DNA of 64,000 bases, from assembly GCF_964204865.1 (NCBI RefSeq), contig NC_135252.1, positions 11,098,001 to 11,162,000 on the forward strand. Reading direction: 5' to 3'. The notes under the pieces were generated by a model. It had not been told where the DNA came from, did not search any database, and was given only the letters and a program-made list of their open reading frames with translations. This document shows, one piece after another, positions 1-11,165 of the stretch (its first letter is position 1; every line of letters starts with the position of its first letter). Made by a program: the position numbers and the translations under genes. Source of the DNA: Styela clava. Lineage: Eukaryota.

Positions 1-201
1 ACGCAATGTGGCCCGCGTGCCAGAGTTTGGACCGCTATGCTGCATTGTATTCACAAATAAACTAGAAGCAAAAGAAAACATTGAAGCAGAAAACAAATAG
101 GCTATTTTAATATATATATATAGCCCGGTAAAGATTGACATTTTATGCATGCAGCACGGAATACCGAAAATAGCTTTAGAAAGTTTTCTACATTACTTCA
201 C

Positions 202-405
202 CTTTACAATTTGCAGTTCCTTCATCCCATTTACCATCACTGTTTGTATCATCATCAGTATTCGTGTCTATGCATGTTGCTTGTTGATTTCCGTCATTAT
301 AATATCCATCCAAGCAAGTAATATCGCATTCATCAGCGAAGTTATTGGGATTACAAGTTGATGTTTGTGAATTTAGAATGGTTAGTGAACCGGGACATGT
401 GATAG
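202..405 (-). CDS. Sushi/CCP domain exon (204 nt, phase 1-1)
   Basis: Flanked by AG and GTGAAG. Open frame ITCPGSLTILNSQTSTCNPNNFADECDITCLDGYYNDGNQQATCIDTNTDDDTNSDGKWDEGTANCK with 6 Cys and the GY and GxW motifs. Confidence 0.85.
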
Positions 406-3400
406 CTGATAAGGTATCGATAACATATAAAACAATAAATCACAACTAACTCTTGAATGGCAATATTGTTTTGATTAGGATTATAATATATTATCGATTA
501 ACGTTTTGAATATAATCGTAATTGTAAAGGCAATGCAATGGTAATATAACTTACGAATTTTATAATGTAATTAAACAAATTTATGAAGCATTTGTTTCTA
601 AAAATCCACGAGCGAGATTTTGAGATTGTCAATGCACAATTGTACAACAATTTTATCAAATATTACTTTGTTAGATTGAACTGACATCTAGAAAATCTCG
701 TTAAAATTGCAATTCTTCCATTACTCCAATTTTTTAAAATTCATTTCATTTATCAATTCAACGAAATGGTAATATCAATCGTTTAGGCCAGTGATTCCCA
801 AAGTGGGCGATATCGCCCCCCGGTGGGCGAAAACGATACAGAGGGGGGCGAAAAAGTCGAAGGGGCGATTTCGCGAAACCTGTTTTTGCTCGGCGCACAG
901 TGCACTTAATTCTGTACTCTGTATGCATTCACAGGCGTGAATCTCGTGGTCGATTATCACACGCGAAAAGATTGCTGGACTCGTCTCCGCAGTAAATACG
1001 GTAGTTTGCGTATCCCAGTGGTCGGCAAAATACGGTCTGAGTAAAATAATCTCGCCCGGGACGATTCACTGAATGGACCTATCCCCGACCTTTGACCGCG
1101 GAAAATTCTTCCTATACTTTACCATTTTAAAATTTTTATTTATAGTCTACGCTCGAGGAGTAAATTACATTTTCTCACGTAACAGAATTTATCGCGAGAC
1201 ACGTTTAGACTAAATTTTATTATATTCTGAAAAATTCTATTGAACAGCTAGCTATTCGTTTAACGAGCCTACATCTTAATTCTGATTGGACAAATGGAAA
1301 CACGAAGAAAAAAAAGTTGATGTTGAAGGCAAGGGTTCAATAGCGCAGTAAATATTCGAATATATTGCAATGCTATACGGAAATATAATTCATATTCTAT
1401 TCGAGAGATTCATCACTGCGTAATTTTTTGTAAGAATGTACCTTCTTGAAGAAAATCTTTATTAAAATTTCACAAACCATGCGAGAATATTCACTTAGAT
1501 GTTCGGAAGTACATATTTGTGCGAACAATTATTTTCGAAAATGGACATTACAAAGAACAAGCAAAAAACTGGGATTAGCCCATTTAGAAAATGTTCCAAT
1601 CTTGGCGTCCTAAAGCTACCAAGCGTGATGCAGCAACAAGACAGTGTCACATTAGAAGTCATTGTAATAATTTTTTAATAAGATGATTAAGTTGAGTTCA
1701 CGAATTGTCGCAATTTTCACGCGCTGTTCCGTTTTTAACTTTTTAAAAAATATATGCGACCCGCAAAAGACCAGCAACCCTAGATTTTGTCTCGCGAGCG
1801 ACATAAAATTTGCCGACCCCTGGGCCGTAGTCGATAGTCGGTCACAGCTTCTTCCACATCCGAGTCCACGAATCCAAAAACAAATAGCTGATTAATTCTA
1901 TGGACTGGTGATCGGACTGGAGGCCGTGGTAGGTTGAGGAATCGGGTATCGAGTATTTTGGTGCCGGTCATCAGGCTGTAGGAATGATGAGATGTACGGA
2001 AATCATTATTATAACTTTGAGAAAATTAACTTTGGTTCATTAATTTAATGTGAAATGAGGTGAATTTAGGCAGTGAAATGCTATAAGACAAGAGTACACG
2101 GCGGTTTTTGAGGAGGTAAAACCCTGGATTCTTTCATTTCCGACCTATTATTATGGTGAAAAGGATTTTTTGAGCCGTGCTACTATTGCTATCAAAACAA
2201 TGAAATCGCCTTTCCATCAGTAAACTGGGTAATTTCAGATATAATAAAAAACTCGCTGAGGAACACCAAGCTCATCCATCTCATTAAAAAACACCATAAA
2301 CTATGATTTGTCTTCTTATTTGGTCTGTAATATATTCGTTTCTGACTTCACATTTTTTTGTAGTGCCGGGGGGCGATGAAGTTGTGTAAACTAGTGTAGG
2401 AGGGCGATGGTCAAAAAAGTTTGGGAACCACTGATTTAGGCCACAAAGTATTTTTCTTTTCCTAATTATATTGGTATTTTGTTTGATGATGTTGTATTAT
2501 AATCACAAATAAAACTAGAGGCAGACGAAAATAATGAAGCAGAAAACAAATAAGCTATGTTAATGCATACAGCATCGAATATAGATTTAGGAGATTTTCT
2601 ACATTGATTCACCTTTACAACTTGCGCCTCCTTCATCCCATTCACCATCACTGTTTGTATCATTATTAGTATTTGTGTCAATGCAAGTTGCTTGTTTATC
2701 TCCGTTATTATAATATTAATCTAAGCAAGTAATATTCATGGTTGAAACTATTGTTGGGAGTGCAGATTGATTGTTTCGAATTTGTAATTGTCAGTGTGTC
2801 AGGTACACGTGGTAGCTAATATATATATTAAAAATTATCAATGTTTGATTAGCTTGATTTGGTAGATCTAACTATTGTTCCCCTAGCCTCTGGAATATTG
2901 TATCGGGGTTCCGAAATGGTGAAAAACATCTGGCCTAAATAGTGAGAATTTCAGTTTAAAATGCATTTCATGCGTATTCATTTAAATTCTAAATTTTTTA
3001 CTTTGTTGTTATGATTATTCCTTTTCTAACATCTATCGTATTTCTTCATAACGATAGTTAAAATCGAATAGTCGGAATTAAATCATTAAACATTACCTGC
3101 GCATGGTAATACAACCAGAAAACTGTTTAACCATAATATTTTCCCGAAAATGAATTGAACTTTCATGATTTAAATAAGTTTTACCATTTTGAACCAAAAA
3201 GCCTATTCGACAACAAATAAACGACTGACAATTAAATAGTTTCAACACAAGAATTGTATACAAAGATCTCAATAAAACGCCAAACACTGGACGAACTATA
3301 TGACAAAGAATCATCTGTGTCTAGACTCTAGACTAGAGGACCGAATACCAATAGGTAATGGAAGTCTCCGCAAATAAAAGGTATATTTGGTTATTGGAAT

Positions 3401-6400
3401 TATGGAGTCGTGCAAAGGACATGGACTTCAAGTAAGAAAGTATGTCACTGGTAGACTACCGACAATTAAATATATGGTGTTTGTTAATTCCAGAAGAAAA
3501 ACACCTAAATTTCAAACTAGTTTTCAATCCAGTGCTCGCAGTAAAAGCTATTTTTTAATGGTGACAACAGAAAAACAACAACATGATTCTAGAAAAACGA
3601 TACACAGGTCAAACTGTCCTCAAATACATTGCTCAATCTTTTATCCAACTGTTGAAGTATCTATGTTTAGGGAATCATACAAATGAATGTATATTTAAAA
3701 AACTTATATATGTAACGCGTTCGCTAGATACAAGCTTCTGTTCTAGTAATATCTAAGATTGAAACGACGTAGTTTCTTTAGTGTTGATATAGCACATCAA
3801 ATTTTGTGCACTGTCAGAGAAATGAGGATGAAGAATTGAACAGCATACCTAAACTCAAAACCTAACTCTCTAGTTTGAATCTCCAAGATCTTATTGCAGA
3901 AACTCTTGCCTCTGATTTTCCCCAAAGCCTTCACACTTTATTACACCTACTTGACGTAAAACTGCTCACTTTGTATTGCTTGTAAGCAAAACTGCAAATC
4001 ATAACAAATATAAAATAACATCAAACAACGAATTCCTACAATTGTTCGGTAGCAACACCTAAAGGAGGGTGTATTATATTGCTCAATTTAAATTTTTGTG
4101 AATCCCTTACATTCTTGAAAATGATATAACAGGTAATACTTCCATGTTTTCAAAATGATCGGACATACAATGCTCTTGTTTAGAATAGAAATAAAGTGAG
4201 AGATACAGCCTATCTGCAGTGAGCTGAATTGAAAGAGTTGAACAGTAAATCTAATCTCAAAACTTAGCTCTCTGATTTCAATCGCCAAAATGCATACACT
4301 CTAGCTATCCTCTTAATACTTTATGTGGATAGCAAGACAAAGTCCCCTCCAAATTCCCCAAACTATTTTTCTACTATGAACAATCCACCCGAAGTGAAAA
4401 ATATCTATTTGCATCCGGATAGCTCTTTAATATATTCTCAAATAAATATCTGTCTTGGATAATTTCCCAAAAAGACAACAACAATGACTTTTCGACAATA
4501 ACAGTGATTTTGAAACTAAATTCAAAAAGATTTTAATTGAATATTATAATCTTTTGTTTCTCTGCTCTTAATTAAAACTAGCTTTGGTTTTTCGCGGTTT
4601 TTCTTCCTCCGTAAAATTTGCTGGCTACATTTTTTCTCGATATTTCGGAAAGATTGATTTTTTTACTGGTTGGAAAAATTTGACTGACATACTGACGAGA
4701 CCCTTTCAGACATTGACATATTACTAAAGCCGGTAACACGAGTAACCTACAACAGATTTGGGCATAATTTTCCTTTTATAGTAGGGTTCTTTGTCGCTTT
4801 GACGCATTTATCAACTGAAATTATTGTTGGGGGTGCAGATTGATATTTGAGAATTTGTAATTTTTTAACGAATCAGGACAAGTGATATCTAAAGTATAAA
4901 ATGGAGATTGTCTATGAATAATGGTTCAAAAATGTCATCAAATATTACTTTATTAGATTGAGCTGACATCTAAAAAAATCTCGTTTAAATTATTAATTCA
5001 TTTCGATTATTTTCCCCTAAATTCTAAACTTTCATTCATCAATTCACCTGAATGGTGCTTTACATCATTCAGGCCACATCGTATTTTGTCACGTGATTAT
5101 TTTGGTATTTTGCCTTGTGATATTGTATTATATTCACAAATAAAACTAGAAGCAGACGGAAACATTGAAGCAGAAACCAAATAGGATATTTTAATGTATA
5201 TAGCCAGGTACAGATTGAAATTTCATGCATGCAGTACTGAATATGGAAAATAGATTCAGAAAGTTTTGTACAATAATTTACCTTTACAATTTGCACCTCC
5301 TTTATCCCATTCGCCATCACTGTTTGTATCATCATCAGTATTTGTGTCTTTGCAAGTTGCTTGTTTAGTTCCGTCATTATAATATCCATCCAAGCAAGTA
5401 ATAACGCATTCATCACCAAACGTGTTGGAGTTACAAGTTGATTGTTGTGAATTTGGAATGATTAGTGAATTGGGACATCTGATAGCTGAAGTTGATTCCA
5501 AGTGATTACAAATACCGATAACATGAAAAAAACACAAATTACAACTAACCCTAGTATATATGGCAATATTGTGTTGATCAGGATAATATATAAGATAATA
5601 TCGAAAACCTTTTTTAATATAATTGGAATGATACATTCAGTGCAACTTTAATTAAATTTTTCGAAAATTTTATGATGTAATTATATAAGTTTATGAACCT
5701 TCTTCTCACACAAAACTCAAGCATATGCTTCTAAAAATCCATGAGCAAATAAAACATAGAAGCATAATACATAGGAAAAAATAGTCCATGAGAGTATGGA
5801 ATTGCGTTAGCGTTTTGAGAAAACACGTTAATTCATGTGAAAGAAAATATCGAAAAAAGTTTTGAAAGTTTTCATTTACGTCACCTGTACAATTTGCACT
5901 TCCTTTATCCCATTCACCATCACTGTTTGTATCATCATCAGTATTTATGTCTATGCAGGTTGCTTGCTTATCTCCATCATTATAATATCCATCCAAACAT
6001 GTAATATCACATTCACCACTGAACGTGTTGAGGTTACAAGTAGATTGTTGTGAATTTGTAATGGTTAATGAATCAGCGCATGTAATAGCTGATGAAGTAT
6101 CGATAACATATAAAACAATAAATTACAAATAACTATTGACCAGAATAATAATTTAATATTGGAAAACTTTTTGAAAGTTTTTAGAATGATAAATCCAATG
6201 CAATGCAATTAATATATTTTATTATTTCACAAATTTTGTGACGTAATTGAAGTTTATGAACTTTCTTCTAACGCAGAACTCAAGCATATGTTTTTAAAAG
6301 CCTCGAGTGAATTGTTAGGGTATAATAGTTGACAATTATTTTTTTTTTAAAATGACTCATGTAGTAGTACCAACTAATAAATCTACCCAAGTTTATGGAA

Positions 6401-9328
6401 TTGCTTCTAAAATAAATCTTGTTGTATGAAATGAAATTAATTGAGATAATATAATCAAGCAGACAAAATGATTAGATCGGACTATTCAATCTAAGCTGCG
6501 TTGAAGACTGCTTTTCGTCAACCCGGACAGAAGTAGATTTTTGACGAAAGAAGTTTTAAAATAGATATTCGTAAACACAAATTTTCAAAATATTCCAAAT
6601 TTCTTTACGATCAATGGGTTCGACATTACAAATATGTATCCGATATAAACTCACATATCAGATCATTGATGATCATTCGTCAACGAAAAAAGAAACATTT
6701 AATTTCAAATGACTAAGATTAGACATTCCTTTTGGGGCAAATAAATCATCGAAGCATACTATGTATAAAAAAAAATGGTTCAAGAAAATATGGCGCTGCG
6801 TTAACCTATTCGGAAAAGAAGTGTAGCCTATTCATCTGTAACAGAATATCAAAAAAGATCTTGAAAGCTTTTACATTACGCCACCTGTACAATTTGCACT
6901 CCCTTCATCCCATTTACCATCACTGTTTGTATCATCATCAGTATTTGTGTCATTGCAAATTGCTTGCTTATCTCCATCGTTATAATATCCATTCAAGCAA
7001 GTAATATCACATGTATCATTGAAGTTATTGCTGGCTGAACAGTCCAATGACTGTGCATTTGTAATATTGAACGAATCAGGACACGTGATAGCTGAGGTAA
7101 AAATAATAGAATGTGATGAATTTACAGAAATCACATAAACTTTTACTTTGGTATCTTCATTTTAACTTAAATCTAGACTAAATTCTAAATTAAATATAAC
7201 ATGTTTTGGTTCAAATGAAGCTGTTTTGCATGTTAGTCATTCAAGATACCTAGTTGATATCTGAAATGGTACGATTTATGAATTTCTCATTTTTATAAGT
7301 AATTTTCTGATGCAGAACTTGTAGATAAAATTTCGAAATCGACTTCGTTTTATGAACGAAAATCCATCCGCCCGTGAGTTGTTTTTCAATTATTTTTTAA
7401 TGATATTTCTAAAAAATGACATGTTCAGTTTAGCAAATATATTCCACAACGGGTGTCTCCAATATGTCGTGTCCAACTTATCCCACTTGTCCCACGTGTA
7501 CAACTTGTAGGACACGTGGTACACGTGGGACAAGTGGGATACGTGGGACAAATGGGTGGGACAAGTGGGACACGACATTTTGGAGACACCGTTCCACAAC
7601 CTAATTAATTTTACAACTTTATCTACTGTTCTGATTTTCCCTTTATTATATTCAACACGTTTCTTTTTAATAATATTTCAAATAAGGTGACAGTCAAATA
7701 TTAGTTTGCAGGAAATTACCAAATATGCATGGCCATGGACATGGTAAAACTGTGTAATCACAATATTATCTAAACGATTTGAGCATTCCTGATTTAAATA
7801 GGTTTTATCATATTTGATGTTAGGAGGTATAGCTTAAAAGAGGTACTGTTTCAGATATTGACAGGTCCGGCTTAAAAATGTGTACAACGTTGTCGACAAA
7901 ACGCCAAGCATTTGTTGAGCTATGTATGACCAAAATTCATCTCTGACCAGAAGGTCAGAGTTCAACAAGTAAAACCGGGTATTGCAAGTTTTCATTATTA
8001 TAATTGATTCATTTATGAATATAGATTCATGTGAAATATATAGACAGTAAGAAATACGGTGCGTCTCCACTACATACTGGAGATTATATATATAGGTGTA
8101 ATAGTACTTTTGTGTAATTGTAACAACAAAAATATATCTGTTTACAAATATAATTGGTCATAACGCTTACTCGCCCAGAAATTGGTTATGTTTCCAAAGG
8201 CTGAAACCCGACTTGGTAAAATATCTAGTATTATTTAGGAGATAGTTGAGTGCCATGGCTTTAGAACCAGTAATATATTAAAAAGTTAAATGACTGATAC
8301 AGCGTGAGCATTCACTTAATTACCATCAAGTCTAAGATCTTGTTATAGTTTATTTAAAACACGAGAAACACTTGATTTGCCACGAAAAAGCACAATGTTA
8401 AATGTTCCCAATAAATAAATTAGTCTGCTATGTTCTGCATATGGGAAGCTGACTTTTTATTAGTTAATCTACAATCTTTCTTTGAGTAAAGGTTTGAGTA
8501 AGATTCTTGACTATTTTAAAGAGGAATCACTTCAGAATGCCATTCGTGATTTATTTGCCTTTGTATCATGATACTTTTCCTAAATATTAATAATAAATAT
8601 TATAATCATTAAATATCCAGTACCCACTGATAATAAGAAATTTGTACACTTCTAATATACCTACGTGCTGTGGTTTGAGGAACTGTAGTTGGACCTGGAT
8701 TGGAATAGACGTTGATTAGTATTCAAATATAAAAACTTTTCACCTGCTATGGTTTGAAATACTGTACTAGATAATATGGTTGATGCTTTGTCAGAATCTG
8801 GAATGGAATAGACATCGAATATAATATAACTATCCAAAATTAAAAACATTGCAATTCTTATATAAACCCACATACCTGCTGTGGTTTGATTTATTGTACG
8901 CGGTGGTATTGCTGATGCTTCGTCGGCCCCTGTGAATAAGAATCAAATAATCATAGCTATATTTGAACGGGTAGTAGGGAGAACCGCTACGAAAGTCAGC
9001 GCATCTAATTGAAAAGGCATGCTTATCCAAAGAGCTTTCTTTATATGTTGTTTTAATCATAAACAGTTTGCATTAGTTATTGTGTCAACTAGTTTTATTA
9101 GCTAAAAGACGAAGTTAATGTGATTAGCGATTACATAAACAATAGTATATTCCCTCAATTATACTGTTAGAAATCAAGCAGTCAAAATTATTGGAATATT
9201 TCAAATACCTGTTACAATCAATTTAGCTTTCATAACGGTTTGTTTGATTTTACAGAGAAAAATAGGAAAGACATACCTGTACATAGGTCGAATAGCAGCA
9301 GACCAACAATAATCAACTTCACATTCAT
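202..9328 (-). CDS. Gene A: sushi/CCP-repeat cell-surface or secreted protein (5' part; continues beyond the left edge)
   Basis: Leader exon 9277-9328 (MNVKLIIVGLLLFDLCT, donor GTATGT). Short phase-1 S/T/P-rich exons 8876-8929, 8744-8797, 8665-8694 and possibly 8171-8224. Intact phase-1 sushi exons 6885-7091, 5885-6088, 5282-5485 and 202-405, e.g. ITCPDSFNITNAQSLDCSASNNFNDTCDITCLNGYYNDGDKQAICNDTNTDDDTNSDGKWDEGSANCT. Joining the leader/mucin exons to the sushi exons is inferred from phase compatibility only. Confidence 0.6.
789..2433. mobile_element. Non-autonomous hAT (Charlie-like) DNA transposon
   Basis: Terminal inverted repeats CAGTGATTCCCAAAGT / AGTTTGGGAACCACTG and an 8-bp TSD GTTTAGGC/ATTTAGGC (7/8 match). 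The paralogous intron near 5067 shows the empty site. Confidence 0.8.
1016..1822 (+). mobile_element. Nested hAT element with a transposase C-terminal relic
   Basis: TIRs CAGTGGTCGGCAAA / TTTGCCGACCCCTG. The + strand at ~1500-1570 reads MFGSTYLCEQLFSKMDITKNKQK, typical of the hAT dimerisation domain. No clean TSD. Confidence 0.7.
2613..2815 (-). pseudogene. Degenerate sushi pseudo-exon
   Basis: Homologous to the neighbouring sushi exons and keeps its AG/GT ends. It has a 1-nt insertion after the first Cys, a small deletion and an in-frame TAA replacing the Gly of LDGYY. Confidence 0.8.
3097..3166 (-). CDS. Second signal-peptide (leader) exon inside the gene A sushi array
   Basis: ATG-MKVQFIFGKILWLNSFLVVLPCA-G|GTAATG, 70 nt, phase 1. 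Clear paralog of the gene B leader at 30037-30106. Confidence 0.65.
4803..4888 (-). pseudogene. Truncated sushi pseudo-exon (5' half only)
   Basis: Acceptor followed by ITCPDSL, a frameshift, then ITNSQISICTPNNNF..DKC, after which homology stops. Confidence 0.7.
5282..7091 (-). CDS. Three intact sushi exons (5282-5485, 5885-6088, 6885-7091)
   Basis: Each exon is 204-207 nt, phase 1-1, AG/GT-flanked, has six Cys and no stops. Confidence 0.85.
7450..7591. mobile_element. Palindromic MITE with 8-bp TSD
   Basis: Inverted ends CGGGTGTCTCCAATATGTCGTGTCC / GGACACGACATTTTGGAGACACCG, internal GTGGGACA repeats, and direct repeat TTCCACAA at 7442-7449 and 7592-7599. Confidence 0.8.
7720..7950 (-). pseudogene. 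Decayed copy of the leader exon and its upstream region
   Basis: Aligns by eye with 3097-3320. ATG has become AGG and the frame contains TAG and TGA. Confidence 0.5.
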
Positions 9329-9959
9329 ATCTGTTTGTCAATAAACTCGATATTTCAAAAAACACACTTAATTTGAAGGTTTCTCCAGTAATTCTAAACT
9401 GAACATAACTAAAATTTTGAAATCTGTCGTGAAATAAAAGGAAAAAAAAGTTGGACGATCAACTAATTCGTAACTGTACGATAACGTTCAGCATTTTAGT
9501 GACACGAGTTGAGCCATAATCAAAAAAGCTGGCCCCGAATTTGATAAAGTTGACAAGCTATCTTACTTGCAATTATTTCGACAACGGATTCAAAATTAAT
9601 GGACTAGTGGAAAATAGAACCACTGCATTACTGGCACATCTTTTCCGCCTAAAATATTTGGTCTGTCAATTCGAAATAAAAGTCATAGCTTCAGAACTTT
9701 TTTCAAAATCCCAGTGCTTGTTGTCAAGCTTGAGATTTCTAGGCTGGAATACCATATGATGAAGCCCAACTGGTGAACTGTGACACAAACTGTGGTACCT
9801 ACATCATGATATTTATTGATGTTCATTGAACAAAAACTGAATGATCGGTAAACTTGCTAACAATTTCTTTTTTCAAAGTTTAATCGCTATTTCAAACAGA
9901 CGACAGTTTTTTTTTTTAAAACTCTTTCTAAACATAGCTGACATATTAGTAGTAAAACA

Positions 9960-10750
9960 ATAACTTTAAACTGTTCAATAATGCATGATAATAATTTTTT
10001 TCAAGTTTTGTTCAACTTTTTGTAATAACTTTTAAATATGTTGGTAAGTATGCCGTAAAATGGTACAAACTATGTTCGAATATTTTCATTACATATTTCA
10101 ATTCCTGGAAAAAAAGTCCTAATCGGAACCTTCAATTTTTTTTTTTATTGATGGTAAATCTGTCAATTTTTTTGATAAGCATTTTGAAAGCTGTTAAAAA
10201 TTTTCTGTCTTCTAGTTAGTTCCCTTTCACAATTTTTAAAACATACTTATTATCACTATAATTGAATTCTGCTATTGGATTCTGCAACAATAAATTTCGA
10301 ACATGAAGTATCTAAGAAGATTTGCAAGTCAAATCAATATTATATATTTTTACGTCTTCTGATTTATGTACTTTGCCTCTTCCATCGAATTCGGTGATCA
10401 GCATTATATTAATAGGTTACTCATTATAATCATAACACACAGTTCTGATACCTCTATATCATAGATCCATATTTATTAGAAAGGACTGTTATCTATAAAA
10501 GTAAATAAGAGCAAAGATACATCTTTTGTTATGCCCTCATAAATTTGGGCGGGCCGTTCTAAATTACATTACTGCTGTTTTTTATGGAACCGTCAGAAGG
10601 TTTCACGGTCACTATCTCAACTATAATTTTTATAGTTTGCCATGCAAATACAAATAAACGAGATGAATTTTCACTTCGCTTTACGAAGGTTTGAAGCAAA
10701 TGAACACCCGAAACTAACATTTTAATTAAATGCTACAACATATAGCCAAT
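9960..10750. repeat. Duplicated upstream (putative promoter) block, paralogous to ~30140-31330
   Basis: Long co-linear matches, e.g. CTGTTCAATAATGCAT..TTGTAATAACT..GTAAGTATG, TCTTCTAGTTAGTTCCCTTTCACAA and GATTTATGTACTTTG. The 30-kb copy carries two extra insertions. Confidence 0.8.
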
Positions 10751-10789
10751 GTGGGACAATGTTAGTAGATAGTTTCCACTAGATAGTGA

Positions 10790-11135
10790 AACAAGAGAGC
10801 TACGCCCAATATATGGACACGTCTGTTCGCAGTACAGTACGGTTTACCGTACCGTCAGATCACAGTCACAGCTGAAGTGCGATCGCGGAACTGTCACATA
10901 GTGCGCCATTTTTAATTTTGATGATGTCACACGAAACTTCGGAGTGAAAACGAATTCTATGGAGCCCAAAATTTTTTTTGAAATATATCCAACAATCTTC
11001 ATCCAATATACAATTGATCCAACAGTTAAAGGGAAAATACACTTTTTTCAAAACAATAATACAACAACAAGAAGAATACTAAGAAGAATAAGAACAACAA
11101 CAATTCAACAAAACGATCCATAGGTCCATATATGC
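10790..11135. mobile_element. Helentron/DINE-1-like non-autonomous element
   Basis: Short sub-terminal inverted repeat ATATGGAC/GTCCATAT enclosing an AAC/AAG microsatellite. The family assignment rests on structure only. Confidence 0.4.
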
Positions 11136-11165
11136 TTTTCAAACAGTTATGGCGTTATCTTCAAA

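Noticed and set aside
3340-4460. Possible decayed LINE endonuclease/RT fragment
   Set aside because: Only vague motif hints with many stops, so it cannot be supported without a profile search.
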